From IMG/VR virus record IMGVR_UViG_3300047476_001402, positions 1 to 64,000 of that record: 64,000 nt of DNA; one strand, given 5' to 3'. How positions within the stretch are numbered: position 1 is the stretch's first letter; each line of letters starts with the position of its first letter. Position numbers and translations under genes: made by a program. This document shows positions 53,008 through 64,000 of the stretch, piece after piece. Source of the DNA: a virus. The notes under the pieces were generated by a model. It was given only the letters and a program-made list of their open reading frames with translations, ran no database searches and was not told the origin of the DNA.

Positions 53008-53437
53008 GATATTATTCGAAAAGGTTTTTGTAACCAGCTTTAGCCACTTCCAACTTAATCGCAAGATTACGAAGTTTTACACCAATCTCGATATGTTTAG
53101 CAACAAATCCATCAACATCGAAGTCGCTAGCCAACACAAGACTGTTAGCATCCCTCGGAGAAAGGTCCAACATATTGTTTTGATCACGTTTCAGGTCTTT
53201 TACTTCCTGTTCCATGTCTTCGATCTTGCGCTTATACTTTAGTTGAGCAATCTCAACAATAGAGATCGCACGATCTTTCCTAATTTTACTATTAGGACGG
53301 GTAAGAGTATTAAAAAACTTCCCCGTCAATTCTGGCTCATCATCTGTGCCAATTACATTATCAATATCACTCACTGTATCTGTTGTATCACTCATAGAGG
53401 TCTTTATTATAGGTTATGTTGTTATCTTTGTCAATTG

Positions 53438-54070
53438 TTATTCGCTGTATTTTTCCCAATCGTCTTTGAATCTGTCTTTTAATTTCTGAAAATATTCATT
53501 AGTTTTAATCTTACACATCCAAGTATTGCCACAAAAAGCACCATTAGTTTCAGTACCTTTACATATAACGCCTTCCTTTAAACCATATACGTTATCTCGG
53601 ACACTTTGGATAAATTCATCATTAAGATTTCCTGCATATACAACTTTAGGAATCGGAACCACTTCATCAAGTGTTTTTACAAATTCCAAGGGTTTAAGAA
53701 ATTTTCGCTGTTTATGTCCGACCATAATATCAAAAAATACCAGATCGTGTGGTTCATCTTCATGATGTCCTGCAAAAGAATTTTCCCCCAAGAATTCCCC
53801 AAAAACGACAATCTCTCTATAATCACGCAAAGATTTCTCTTTCTTGAAGACATTTTCTAGGGGTTCCTTGTATTTCGAATTGAAGATTTCTACCATTTCT
53901 TTCCAGAATGGAGTAGTCTCATTAATAAGCTGTGTCCTCGTTCCAAAACAATCGAATCCTCTTTTTTGGGTATATTTTGCTCTGAAATTGCTGCCATCAA
54001 GTTTGTCGAAGGCTATACAATTTTGACGGGGAGCCTTGCTACTGTTTATAATGGAAGGGTACTCAATCAT
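53438..54070 (-). CDS. ATP-dependent RNA ligase-like nucleotidyltransferase (Rnl2-type core)
   Basis: YPSI, KLDGSN (motif I), FGEF, FFDI, EGVICK, KIK. Confidence 0.75.
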   Translation of the reverse strand: MIEYPSIINSSKAPRQNCIAFDKLDGSNFRAKYTQKRGFDCFGTRTQLINETTPFWKEMVEIFNSKYKEPLENVFKKEKSLRDYREIVVFGEFLGENSFAGHHEDEPHDLVFFDIMVGHKQRKFLKPLEFVKTLDEVVPIPKVVYAGNLNDEFIQSVRDNVYGLKEGVICKGTETNGAFCGNTWMCKIKTNEYFQKLKDRFKDDWEKYSE

Positions 54071-54263
54071 ATTTGTAATGTATAATCCTCATCAATCTCA
54101 TATTCATCTAACATAAATCGTTCAACATCTTCTATCTGACCAATAGAAAGATGCACTTCAATTTCTTCATGACAACAGCCTTTAGAACATATCTTCATCT
54201 TTCTAATAACCATAGGTTTTAATGCCTTAATGGTTAAGTCGTCGTATATTGACTGTTCTCCAA

Positions 54264-55169
54264 TCACAATTTCTGTCCTAGGTTGAATAATAATGCACTA
54301 AAGTTGATTTCTGTATCAGCAACAAATGCATCGCGATACATATATTCTGAAATCAATAGCACTGCAACAGTATTACACTCTGCAACGTATAAGTCAAACA
54401 AAGATTTCATCAATTGATGATAATTGTTTGCAAATTTATCAGAATTTTCTACAACAAATTTACGAATAGCAAAAACATCTTCCTTCGCTTTCAGCTTTGT
54501 CTTAATTAACAATGCAACTCCAGTATCTTTTTTGAACTTATATATGAATTTTCCTGTAGAGCAATTCCTTTGTAGTTCGTTAATAGTCTTACGAATATCA
54601 GGAAAATGAGTCTTTACTAGAAGTCGAACATTTGATATCTGATCCTCTCCAACTACAATATTCTCTGCTTTCAGAATTGTTGCAACTCTTCGAAGAACAT
54701 CACCCTCAGGAACATTGAATGTAAATTCTTGACAACGTGACCGAATCGCTTCGATGATTTTCGAACGATAATTACCCGTGAGAATGAATTTAACCTCATC
54801 CAAATATTCTTCAAGGGTTACGCGCAATGCTTGTTGAAATACCGTGCTTGCACCATCCACCTCATTAAGAATGACTAGCTTAGGATTACCATCAATACTT
54901 GCGATTTCAATATATCCTTGGATTTTCTCTCGTAATACATCAATGGTACCTTGCTCAGATGCATTGATAATCATATAAGAGTTGGGCGAAAACTTATCAG
55001 CAAGAATTTTCGCCATTGAACTTTTTCCCGTTCCCGGACTTCCTGTAAATAGGAGATTATTAGGTATTTCCTTTAAATTGGTGAAAAAGCTTTTATCTTC
55101 CTCATTTAGGAGGATATCTTCTATTGTTTTCGGACTATATTTGATAGTCCATACTTGATTAATTGTCAT
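54264..55169 (-). CDS. clamp loader AAA+ subunit (gp44/RFC-like)
   Basis: W..KY.P, GSPGTGKS, INAS, SRC, PDIRK.IN.LQ. Confidence 0.92.
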   Translation of the reverse strand: MTINQVWTIKYSPKTIEDILLNEEDKSFFTNLKEIPNNLLFTGSPGTGKSSMAKILADKFSPNSYMIINASEQGTIDVLREKIQGYIEIASIDGNPKLVILNEVDGASTVFQQALRVTLEEYLDEVKFILTGNYRSKIIEAIRSRCQEFTFNVPEGDVLRRVATILKAENIVVGEDQISNVRLLVKTHFPDIRKTINELQRNCSTGKFIYKFKKDTGVALLIKTKLKAKEDVFAIRKFVVENSDKFANNYHQLMKSLFDLYVAECNTVAVLLISEYMYRDAFVADTEINFSALLFNLGQKL

Positions 55170-56403
55170 TTTTTTGATATAAAAATGGTTTGCTTATAAC
55201 AACTTTTACATTATTATCTTTCATTCTTTGTAGGAAGTCTCTGAGCATTCTTTTAAAATTTTCGCTCGGAGGCGGAGAAGAGGGCGTAGGGATACTATCA
55301 CATTCGAGATAAGGAATCCCCTCCTTTGTATATTTCCAATGCATATTAGTAGCATTTACTGTTCGTAGTTCCCCACACGAAACAGTGCAATCCTAAAAAG
55401 ATTAAACTTGCTCCAAATCCGAAACATGTATAAAGACCTGTATAGACAAGTCCTAGTGCTATTAATTTATAATTTTTCTTTATTGTGTCTAACATATTTG
55501 TAATTTCCTATTGTGAACGGATGTCCCTTTTCTACTTCTCCTTTTGCCCATGAAGTATCTAATTCAAGCTGTTCGTAAACAGACCAAAGGTACTCTAAAG
55601 TCTCGGATTCGCTTTCACTAGCCTTTTCGAAGAGACTTTTACAATCTCTTATAATTCCCGCACTATCAAGATTTGTTTTTAAAACTTTCTCAGCCGTTGA
55701 TAAGGGTGTTTCCATTATATTTCAAAATAGGTGAAGGGTTCTGTTCTGTTACTTGGATGCTCTGTAATTGAGTCAAAAGATTGATAACATGGTTGACTTG
55801 ATCGGTAGGAATAGAAAAGGTTTGATATCCTACTGTTACATTAATACGATTAGTGCTAATTAAATTTGCCATGTAGTAAGATACTAGACGGGTATAATCG
55901 ATTCAAGACTGTTTTCTGTAAATCTTTGAAAAGTCTGTAATTTGCATATAATACTCTTTTTTAGTATCTTCGTGATATGCAGTCAAACTTTCACAATCAG
56001 TATACGTGAAAATCGTGTAATCTCCATTACGACTCGCATCTTCAGGACATACTAATTTTTTCCGAAATGTTTTAAAATCTGTTAAAAGTGTCATTTGATT
56101 ATTACTATTATACAGAGTAAACTACATAATCATCATGTCAACTGAAATTAAAAAATACGGATTTTATGCATATATCAAAGGTCTTGAAAAAGGGCTCGGA
56201 TTAGTCGTTCTAGATGTCGGTAAGAACATAACAGGTATCAAACTATGTGTTGGTAAAAGTGAACACTTTTCTATTCCTAAAGAATCTTTCGAAACCTTGT
56301 TAGCATATGATACATTAGAATTCGTGGAAACAGTTCCTAAGTTTGTATGGAAAGAAATGAAAAGAAACCTTGCATCGTAGCAAAGAGGGAATTATAGTCG
56401 TCT

Positions 56404-57336
56404 ATGCAATACGGCAAACTTATTATTGATGGAAACAATTTTCTATTTCGTGCATTTTTTACCAAACGACCTGAAAAAATCATAGAAGGGGTAAATGCAA
56501 CAGCCATTCACCAATTCCTTCACATGTTTCGAACTATGGTTACGAGATTCGAGCCGAAAGAAATCTATCTAACCTGGGATAAAAAATTAAATCCTACTAA
56601 ACTAAACTTCCGTAAAGAGTTGGTTCCTTATAAGGAACAAAGAACAGAAACCGAACATACCGAAAAGATGTTTGCAACAATCCCGATCATTCAGGAATTC
56701 TTGGATAATTTAGGCGTTGTTACTATATACCCCGTTAATATGGAGGCAGATGACGTTATCCGGTTCTGTGCTATAAATGATACAAAATCTACGATCATAG
56801 TATCCTCAGATAATGATTTATTTCAATTGGTTACGGAGGAGGTTCATCAGTATATTCCTACTAAAAATATCATTCTTACCTTGGAAAATTTTGAAGAAGT
56901 TGTCTCGGTTAAGCCTGAGCAATATCTAGGATATAAAGCTATCTTAGGTGATAAATCTGATAATATTTCTGGACTCTGTGGGCACGGTCCTGTCAAATCG
57001 AAAATTCTTACTGAAAGACTGACACAAATTATCGTACAAAATAATTGTACTGTTCAAGAAGCAGTTGCATCTGTATTAAACCCAGAGGACGCTACAATTA
57101 TTTGTCGAAATCTTCGTGTTATGGATCTTGGTTATACTGAGACTGAACAGCCAGAAGAATATGGCTTTTATAGAGAACAAGTAAAAGCTTCTAATACTTC
57201 CTTTGATACTGCTAAATTGAAAGAACTGTTTTATAGATTTGAAATGCACCAATTTCTTAGAGAGTTTGGAAATTGGAATAAACTATTCAATCCTGATTAC
57301 GATAATAGTGATTTACTTTCACAGATTGTGATGTAA
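56404..57336 (+). CDS. 5'-3' exonuclease / RNase H (T4 rnh, FEN-like)
   Basis: IIDGNN, YK..R, EADD, SSD.DL.QL, GDKSDNI.G..G.G. Confidence 0.9.
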   Translation: MQYGKLIIDGNNFLFRAFFTKRPEKIIEGVNATAIHQFLHMFRTMVTRFEPKEIYLTWDKKLNPTKLNFRKELVPYKEQRTETEHTEKMFATIPIIQEFLDNLGVVTIYPVNMEADDVIRFCAINDTKSTIIVSSDNDLFQLVTEEVHQYIPTKNIILTLENFEEVVSVKPEQYLGYKAILGDKSDNISGLCGHGPVKSKILTERLTQIIVQNNCTVQEAVASVLNPEDATIICRNLRVMDLGYTETEQPEEYGFYREQVKASNTSFDTAKLKELFYRFEMHQFLREFGNWNKLFNPDYDNSDLLSQIVM

Positions 57337-59815
57337 ATATAACTATTATGCAAATATTACAAAATACACCTATCTCATGTCGCTCTTGTGGACAGATGAC
57401 CCCTGGTAGGGAGCAACCAGTAAGAAAAACCGATGGCTCTTTAGTTATGGAGTGTAACTGGCGATGTGGTAGATGTGGAACATATCTAAAACATGGTATA
57501 ACTCGTATAGTCGAACCAGCAAAAACAAAATAATGAAAACTAGTAAAAAAATACTATATGCTTTATTATCCTTTCTTATTATAGGTATAATAAGTGGTGG
57601 GTTATCTATAGGTTTCGAACTTTTCTTCGGTTTTGCTTTTTGGAAGACGTTCTTTTTTATCTCTGTTGTTCAATTTGTTGGACCTATGTTGTGGAACAAA
57701 TATTACGAATCAGCACAATTAATAAATCTTGCAAAAGAATATGCTGCAAAACCATTTAAAAGATATATGATAAATTTGAACTGTGCTCATTGCGGACAAA
57801 TAAATACCGTTGAAATGGATTTAGCAGAAACAGAATTTAAATGTACCAATTGTAAAAAAGATAATGGTATTCATATTGAATTTATGACGGCGGCAATAAC
57901 TGTTCCTGTTAGTGAAACGAACTTCCTATGAGCTTATTGAAGCCTGATATAGAATATGATCCGTCTAAAAGAATAGATATGTATATTCCTACGAGGAATA
58001 CTGCTATCGTCCCCGAGATAGAAAAAACTGCCACTGTTTCTAGCAGGGACGAATTACATTTACATTTACTACAATTCGCCAATAACTTCACAGATGCAGA
58101 AATTTTACGTTTTTATAAATTGTCCAGTATGACATTTAAAACTAGTGTAAACGTTTTGGATAGTATTTCATTTTTAGAAAAATTCTCTGTTCTGTATATA
58201 GGTGCCCTTCGCAAAGAATTTCCATCCAAAGATTTCTCCGATATCGAAAAATCTTTATTAACTATAAAAGAATCAATTGCAGAAATTCTAAAGCATGATA
58301 ATGTAGAGAACAAGTTTATCATTCCTATGATGTTAGGGATGATCGAAGGACTATTAAATTATGAAAATTATTAAAAGATTAGGAAAAGAGTATTATAAAC
58401 CAAATACTAATGAAGTAGATTGGTCTAAAGTAATAGGAAAAAATTGTGTAATAGATTGCTCCACCTGCACTGGAGAATCAGGCGCATACTCAGAGTTATT
58501 GATTGAGGATTTTGATCATAACACACAACTATTGAAATATAAGTTTGATGGTGATTCGTTTTGGGTTGAAGAAGGCTTTTACGGAACTTGGGTACTAATG
58601 TTCGTCTTCGAGAATGAAGAACCTGTCAAGAAATCCACTCTTTCGGATGAGATGAAGTTGTTACTTGAACACGCAAAAGAGCGAACAGAGGATAATCAAC
58701 AACGTCCGTTTTATCCCCCACCATGGCCGACAATTCCAAAACCTTATTATAATAAAGGTATTAGATGTTCTAAATGTGGTATAGATTTTGGTAATGGGCC
58801 AATCGGATATGTATGTCCTAATCATCCATGCCCTTCTGGGCTAGGCGGAGTTTATTGTTATAACAGTATAGTCAAAGAATACCCCAGCGAATATGATACT
58901 GGTTGTGCTACGGGCTCATTATATGCAGATTAATTTAAAATAAATGGAAAATATACAATCCTTCATCCTACCGGATATTAAAAAACCGGAAAAACCTAAA
59001 AAAGCGCCAAAAAAGATTATCGATACCAAAGAACGCCTTGTTCGCATTAATCGAGAAGTCCCCTGTGCATATTGTTCAGAAATAAAAATTCTAAATCCAG
59101 ACCAGTATCAACTATTATTTGATACTTATGGTTCGGATGAAAGAGTATCCGCTGAATACAAATGTAAACCGTGTCAAATGAAAGAGCGATCCAATCCTGT
59201 TGAATTTGGAATTGTTCACGGTGAACTTCTTCATAATCTTTCGAAAGATTTAAAAGAGATGTTTGATCCGTTCAATACATCATTCAAAACACAGCAAGAC
59301 TTCCAAGTTCTCAATAATATTTTAACGGAAAGACTGAAAAAGGAACATATCACTTCCTTCAATATCCTGCTTTCCAGGGACAACCTAGCCAAAGGTGTCC
59401 AAATTAAAGATTTCCCATTTGTGGGAGTAGTGAATCTAAAAATATATGAAAACCGAAACGAACGTATCCAAATTATCCGATAAATATAAAATTCTACCCG
59501 CTGCCGAAATGTCGCTAGATGAAGCCGCAAAATGGGTAGCACTATGTAATGCATTGAAATTCGTTAATAATATGAGTCAATTAACAGGGAAAAATATTGA
59601 AGAAAAAGATATTTCACATGGTGATTTACTGACTTATATTAATAATGTCAGTGGAGACATCAAGACTTGTATAGAGAAAACTGGTGGAATTCCTTATAAG
59701 TATTCCCTTCGAGGAAGTACAGAAGAATCGAATAATACAGAAGAACTAACATACGAATTCTTAGCATGAAGCAGGACTAGTTTCTTACAGTATTCGAGAA
59801 TGGACTGAATAAAAT

Positions 59816-59849
59816 AAAAAACCCGTTAGAAAATTCTAACGGGTTTTTT
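59816..59849 (+). terminator. intrinsic terminator
   Basis: AAAAAACCCGTTAGAA-AA-TTCTAACGGGTTTTTT. Confidence 0.8.
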
Positions 59850-59886
59850 ATTTTATAGATTTGTGTTTTTAGTGATAAATAATTAC

Positions 59887-60567
59887 ATGGCACTAGGCAG
59901 TATTAAAAACGCAAGAGAAGTTTTCCAACAACATGATTTTTCGAGATCATGGCAGATTCGAATTTTAAACATGAGCAATGTTCCCGATTATGTGTATCGT
60001 GAACTTATTGAAAAACCCGCTGGACTTGGGGGCCATGTTTATGCAAAGACCCTCTCTGTTCCTGGAAGAGAAATTCAGAATATCGAAGTGCCTTATCAAG
60101 GGTTTCCTATCAACATTCAAGGGATGGCCCGTTACACACCTAACCCGTGGTCTATAACATTCAGAACTCCTGGGGATTATCTTGTGCGTAATGCTCTTGA
60201 ACGTTGGAGTTTTGCAACTATTAGTGATGAAACATCATGTGGAACAGGTTTCCCATGCGACAACACAACTATAGACCTTGCCATACTTGCTCCTAATTGC
60301 GACATTATGCGTGTTTATCGCCTTCATGGTGTCTACCCTCAGAATGTAGGACAAATCACCTACAACATCGAAGGAAACGACCTTACAGAGTTCGAGGTAG
60401 CGTTCCAGTATCAATACTGGAGAGTTGCACATGCATATGAAACTGGTGTTCTTGATTCTAATGCAGGAGCACAACAAGAAATTGATAATGTGTTCCAAGC
60501 ATACGAAGCTAAAATTCTCACTGGAACGGGTGGAAGCTGTCCACCTGTTAATATACCACAACGCTAA
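59887..60567 (+). CDS. T4 gp19-like tail tube protein (start moved to MALGS)
   Basis: S.PG.....IEVPY.G......G, W.ITF, L.G.YP..VG...Y......EF.V.F.YQYW. Confidence 0.8.
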   Translation: MALGSIKNAREVFQQHDFSRSWQIRILNMSNVPDYVYRELIEKPAGLGGHVYAKTLSVPGREIQNIEVPYQGFPINIQGMARYTPNPWSITFRTPGDYLVRNALERWSFATISDETSCGTGFPCDNTTIDLAILAPNCDIMRVYRLHGVYPQNVGQITYNIEGNDLTEFEVAFQYQYWRVAHAYETGVLDSNAGAQQEIDNVFQAYEAKILTGTGGSCPPVNIPQR

Positions 60568-60578
60568 ATTTAAATAAT

Positions 60579-60612
60579 AAAAAAACCCGCTAATTTCTTA
60601 GCGGGTTTTTTT
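60579..60612. terminator. bidirectional terminator between convergent genes
   Basis: AAAAAAACCCGCTAA-TTTC-TTAGCGGGTTTTTTT. Confidence 0.85.
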
Positions 60613-61077
60613 ATTTTATTCGTCTACATCCCAATTCAAAGTAGGACCACCAAATCTTCGGTCATCAGGATCAAAGAAGAATTTAGCTTTTCTTTTGACT
60701 AATTTTAGATATCGTATCATTGTATAATGATACATCGTAGGATAAAAACTATGTGGACCTTCCCCTTCGTTTTTCTTAGAGTATAATTTCGCAGCATCTA
60801 TTAAACTCTGTAGAGATTCTTCTATAGTTACACAACCTTTCATACTGATAGATCTGATATTAATTTGTTATACTCCCTTAAACTAAACTTTACCCGTTCA
60901 CCATTTTCTACAAATTTTATAGTGAAGATGGTTCTTCTTTTATTCGCTTCTAACACTATATTTGGGACAGTATCTACGAATTTCTTAAAATCTAACAAAT
61001 CCTCCCATTCACTATAATCCCAATAGTCCTCATCAAGCTTTTTACAATGTTTATCGAAATATTCTATAATAATATTC

Positions 61078-61743
61078 TTAATAGTTTTCTTTAATGTATT
61101 TTTCATAACGTTTCTTGACAATAGTTTTTAAATTATATCCCTTCTCGGAAATCTGTGGAATTAAATTATTTCTTAGCCAATTTCTGCGATAACCTTCATC
61201 AGTATTAGTTTCATCTTCTACAACGTATTGTTCCAAATCATAATCTTTTACGAATGCACGAAACTCTTCCTTTTCATTCAGAATAAAGGGGCGAATAACA
61301 GTAAGATCAAAATCTTTATATTCAGTAACCAACGGAATCGGAAGATATTCAGGAACCCCATTCAAACAATTAAACATATAATTCTCACATGCATCGTCGA
61401 TATGATGACCTGTGATTACATATCCCAGACCTGCCATTGCTTTATAGCGCAATGCTCTAAGGGTAGATTCGTCTTTAGGATCGGTGTCATCGTAATTACC
61501 ATTTCTATAAGATTCTTCCCACCTAATATTAAAATCTTTACAAAAGGTAAAAACCGAATTAGACATAATCTCATTTTGTTCACGAAGATTATGATTGAAA
61601 TGAAAACATTGTAGATTAATCCTGGGGTAATAAATCTTTAGAAAAGCTGCAATAGCAAGACTATCTATGCCACCGCTACATGCAACGGTAACTTTATTGT
61701 TGGCTAACTTGAGAATCTGTGGAATGAACCGCATATTCCACAC
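61078..61743 (-). CDS. tilS: tRNA(Ile)-lysidine synthetase, PP-loop domain only
   Basis: VACSGGIDS, HFNHNLR, R.LRY, GHH.DD..E, IRP, D.TN....Y.RN.LR. Confidence 0.85.
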   Translation of the reverse strand: MWNMRFIPQILKLANNKVTVACSGGIDSLAIAAFLKIYYPRINLQCFHFNHNLREQNEIMSNSVFTFCKDFNIRWEESYRNGNYDDTDPKDESTLRALRYKAMAGLGYVITGHHIDDACENYMFNCLNGVPEYLPIPLVTEYKDFDLTVIRPFILNEKEEFRAFVKDYDLEQYVVEDETNTDEGYRRNWLRNNLIPQISEKGYNLKTIVKKRYEKYIKENY

Positions 61744-61752
61744 TATAGGACT

Positions 61753-62502
61753 TTATTTCGACCTGTCAAGTAACTCCTGTAAAGAAGTATAGGTTGTTTT
61801 TATTAACCACTTTTTATTCTTCTCGTCCAATTCGGCTACCCAAGGCAATTCAGATAACTTACTCAGTAATACTTTTGCAGCACGATTTATATGATCAGTT
61901 TTAATCCTATCATCTGTCGCATTACGCGCTGCTGACAAATGATATTGTGCTATTTTATTATTTTGAAGTTCTCCTGGGAACCACTGCATGAAATATGCAT
62001 TTACTTCATCATCTGAATTAAAATATCCCTTTCTTGTAGTATTTTGGGTTTGTTTGTACTTTCCTGCATCAGATACTATATCTTCATATGCATGTGCAAT
62101 TTCATGTCGCAGAATATCTTTAATATATTTAGGAAGACTCTTATTTATAAAATCTTCAAATTTACGCTCTTTATAATAACTCTGTGATTTCTTAGAAGAG
62201 TTAACATATATTTCAATTCGTCCATTCGATTCATCTGTTGCAGGAAAATACATTGCAGAAGATTCTTCTTCGACTGCTGGACCGTTATGCTCTGCATCTC
62301 TTGCGGCATGGCTTTTTCCTTTATAGAGTTTTATATCTAATTCATATGCATCTGCAATTTTAACAGTGATCTTATCTCCAGAACGAATGGACTTTTTCTT
62401 TGCTAGTTTCTCTTGAAGTTGGTTGATAATTTCTTCAGATAGAGTGGCAAGGTCTATAAAATATGCACGTTCTTTGAGTAGATAATATTCTTTGAGATTC
62501 AT
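61753..62502 (-). CDS. putative zinc metallopeptidase
   Basis: HEIAH (HExxH) plus Y.....EVNA. Confidence 0.6.
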   Translation of the reverse strand: MNLKEYYLLKERAYFIDLATLSEEIINQLQEKLAKKKSIRSGDKITVKIADAYELDIKLYKGKSHAARDAEHNGPAVEEESSAMYFPATDESNGRIEIYVNSSKKSQSYYKERKFEDFINKSLPKYIKDILRHEIAHAYEDIVSDAGKYKQTQNTTRKGYFNSDDEVNAYFMQWFPGELQNNKIAQYHLSAARNATDDRIKTDHINRAAKVLLSKLSELPWVAELDEKNKKWLIKTTYTSLQELLDRSK

Positions 62503-62972
62503 AAAAATACTTATCGGCTATTCAGTAAAAACCAAATAGCCGATAAGTGGGTATGACAACGACCCTACAACAGGCCGAAAATATTAATTAATAATTACAT
62601 ACAATTTTCAAGATGGGAAGCGATCCACCTAAACGAAAGACCTTTATCATTTAAAGCCATAAGCTTTTGCGTAACTTCTGTATCTTTCATAGTAAGAACC
62701 TTTGGTAAGAAATTATACTGCTTTCCTTGTGGAGCACCTCTCATCTTAGTAATAGATTGTTTGGGGACTCCTGCAATACGATGGGCTACACCTAGAACAT
62801 CATAAGCATTTTCCAATGGATCACGCATCACCCCATTAGTTTGTGTATATCGTCCACTACGGAGTGCTCTTACTAGTTTATTGCGGAAACGGCGAGGAAG
62901 TTTTTGAGTTAGAATATCTGAGTTTTCAATTTTCATAGGATTAAATATACCCTAAGAAAACTATCGATTCAA

Positions 62973-63188
62973 CTACATTCTTTTAACAATTCTTCCCCTT
63001 TTAACATCTGTAGGTGACATTTCTAGAACAACTTCATCACCTACTTCAGGTCTTATTTTATGCTTTGTCATCTTTCCAGACAAATAAGCAAGAACTTCTA
63101 CATTCACCTTTTTTAGGACAATAAGATAAAAACCGCTAGGAAGAATTTTAGTAACTTCTCCCTTAACCTGAACGCATTCCGTTTTCAT
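62973..63188 (-). CDS. infA: translation initiation factor IF-1
   Basis: G.V...LP...Y.......VLAYLSGKM....IR...GD.V..EMSP.D..RGRI..R. Confidence 0.93.
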   Translation of the reverse strand: MKTECVQVKGEVTKILPSGFYLIVLKKVNVEVLAYLSGKMTKHKIRPEVGDEVVLEMSPTDVKRGRIVKRM

Positions 63189-63450
63189 ACATATTACTTA
63201 CGTAATTATATGTGGAATTTAAATGTACCGTTGGCAAGATTTACGTTTTCATATAGTTGCATCTCGTCTAACTTGGTAGATTTACGACCGTCTTTATATA
63301 TTATTGATAGTGGTTCACAACTATCAATTGATACATCTAATTTTATTGGAGTTTTTTTGTCTATACTTTTCTGTATAAATGACATCATCACTAATATGGA
63401 TGAAAGAAACTCTTCACTTCCTTCTAATTCTAATTTCATCAAATTATATG

Positions 63451-63528
63451 AGGCGACTCAGGGGATCGCACCCTGCCGTTTAATAAGAATTTTGCAGATT
63501 CTCCGTTTCACTAGCCACGCCAGCCGCC
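63451..63528 (-). tRNA. tRNA-Cys(GCA)
   Basis: Acceptor GGCGGCT/AGTCGCC; anticodon arm GAGAAT-CTGCAAA-ATTCTT; atypical T loop TGCGATC; no full CCA. Confidence 0.75.
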
Positions 63529-63622
63529 ATTATATTCCGTGTTTATCGGGTACACGGAAAAAGAAACCATAGCAAAATCATAAGAGTTTGCGTATCTTTT
63601 AGAAGTTTTTAATTTCTAAAAT

Positions 63623-63696
63623 TGGTACGGGGTAAGTGAATCGAACACTTTCTTCTGGAATGTAAAACCAGTTCGCTACCGTTACAACAACCCCGC
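63623..63696 (-). tRNA. tRNA-Val(TAC)
   Basis: Acceptor GCGGGGT/ACCCCGT-ACCA; anticodon loop TTTACAT; T loop TTCGATT. Confidence 0.8.
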
Positions 63697-63716
63697 ATTT
63701 ATTACTTATAAAAGTT

Positions 63717-63791
63717 TGGTACCTATACAGAGATTCGAACTCTGAACAAAATATTTTTGAGATATTCTCCTCTACCAATTGGGATATAGGC
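63717..63791 (-). tRNA. tRNA-Leu(CAA) with short variable loop
   Basis: Acceptor GCCTATA/TATAGGT-ACCA; anticodon arm AATAT-CTCAAAA-ATATT. Confidence 0.8.
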
Positions 63792-63845
63792 GTATAAAAT
63801 ACTTATTCGAAGGATTTCACGAACGTTCTGAATTTAAATGCCTAC

Positions 63846-63916
63846 CAAGGCTAGGGAATCGAACCACATCTAAATTTATCTCTCTTCTTTCGGTGGTTAT
63901 AACACACCTAGCCTTG
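63846..63916 (-). pseudogene. degenerate tRNA-like sequence
   Basis: CAAGGCTA/TAGCCTTG terminal stem and GGTTCGATTCC, but no anticodon stem or CCA. Confidence 0.5.
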
Positions 63917-63924
63917 CGGCGATT

Positions 63925-64000
63925 TGGTACCATTGGTGGGAGTCGAACCCACAGATAACATGTTTCTAAGACATGTGTGTTTACCAATTACACCACAACG
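63925..64000 (-). tRNA. tRNA-Leu(TAG) with short variable loop; 5' end cut by the window edge
   Basis: Anticodon arm CATGT-CTTAGAA-ACATG; T arm GTGGG-TTCGACT-CCCAC; ACCA end. Confidence 0.85.

Noticed and set aside
1-64000. Stop-codon reassignment
   Set aside because: Conserved genes are full length in code 11, TAG and TGA both end genes, and no suppressor tRNA is seen.

Overview
AT-rich, gene-dense 64 kb segment of a large T4-like (jumbo-type) dsDNA phage, read in the standard bacterial code. It carries nrdAB, thyX, a clamp loader, a 5'-3' exonuclease, a gp19-like tail tube, HNH and LAGLIDADG endonucleases, NAMPT plus NadM-Nudix NAD+ salvage, translation genes (IF-1, TilS, Pth2, a GluRS catalytic core) and tRNAs. 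A DUF1549/1553 plus DUF1501 pair suggests a Verrucomicrobia/Planctomycetes host. The strongest unexplained signal is two non-coding arrays (22676-23089 and 24567-25163) downstream of a TROVE/Ro60-like vWA gene (DUF2828-like, 19302-20990). They hold nine RNA units with a shared layout: a 7-9 bp terminal stem whose sequence differs in every unit, a CAGCA motif right after the 5' arm, and a G after the 3' arm. The payloads vary and include circularly permuted tRNAs (T arm before D arm, as in YrlA Y RNAs) and anticodon-like loops. Several oversized CCA-ending tRNA-like genes and RNA-repair-type enzymes are also present. All family assignments come from motif recognition by eye; no database search was run.
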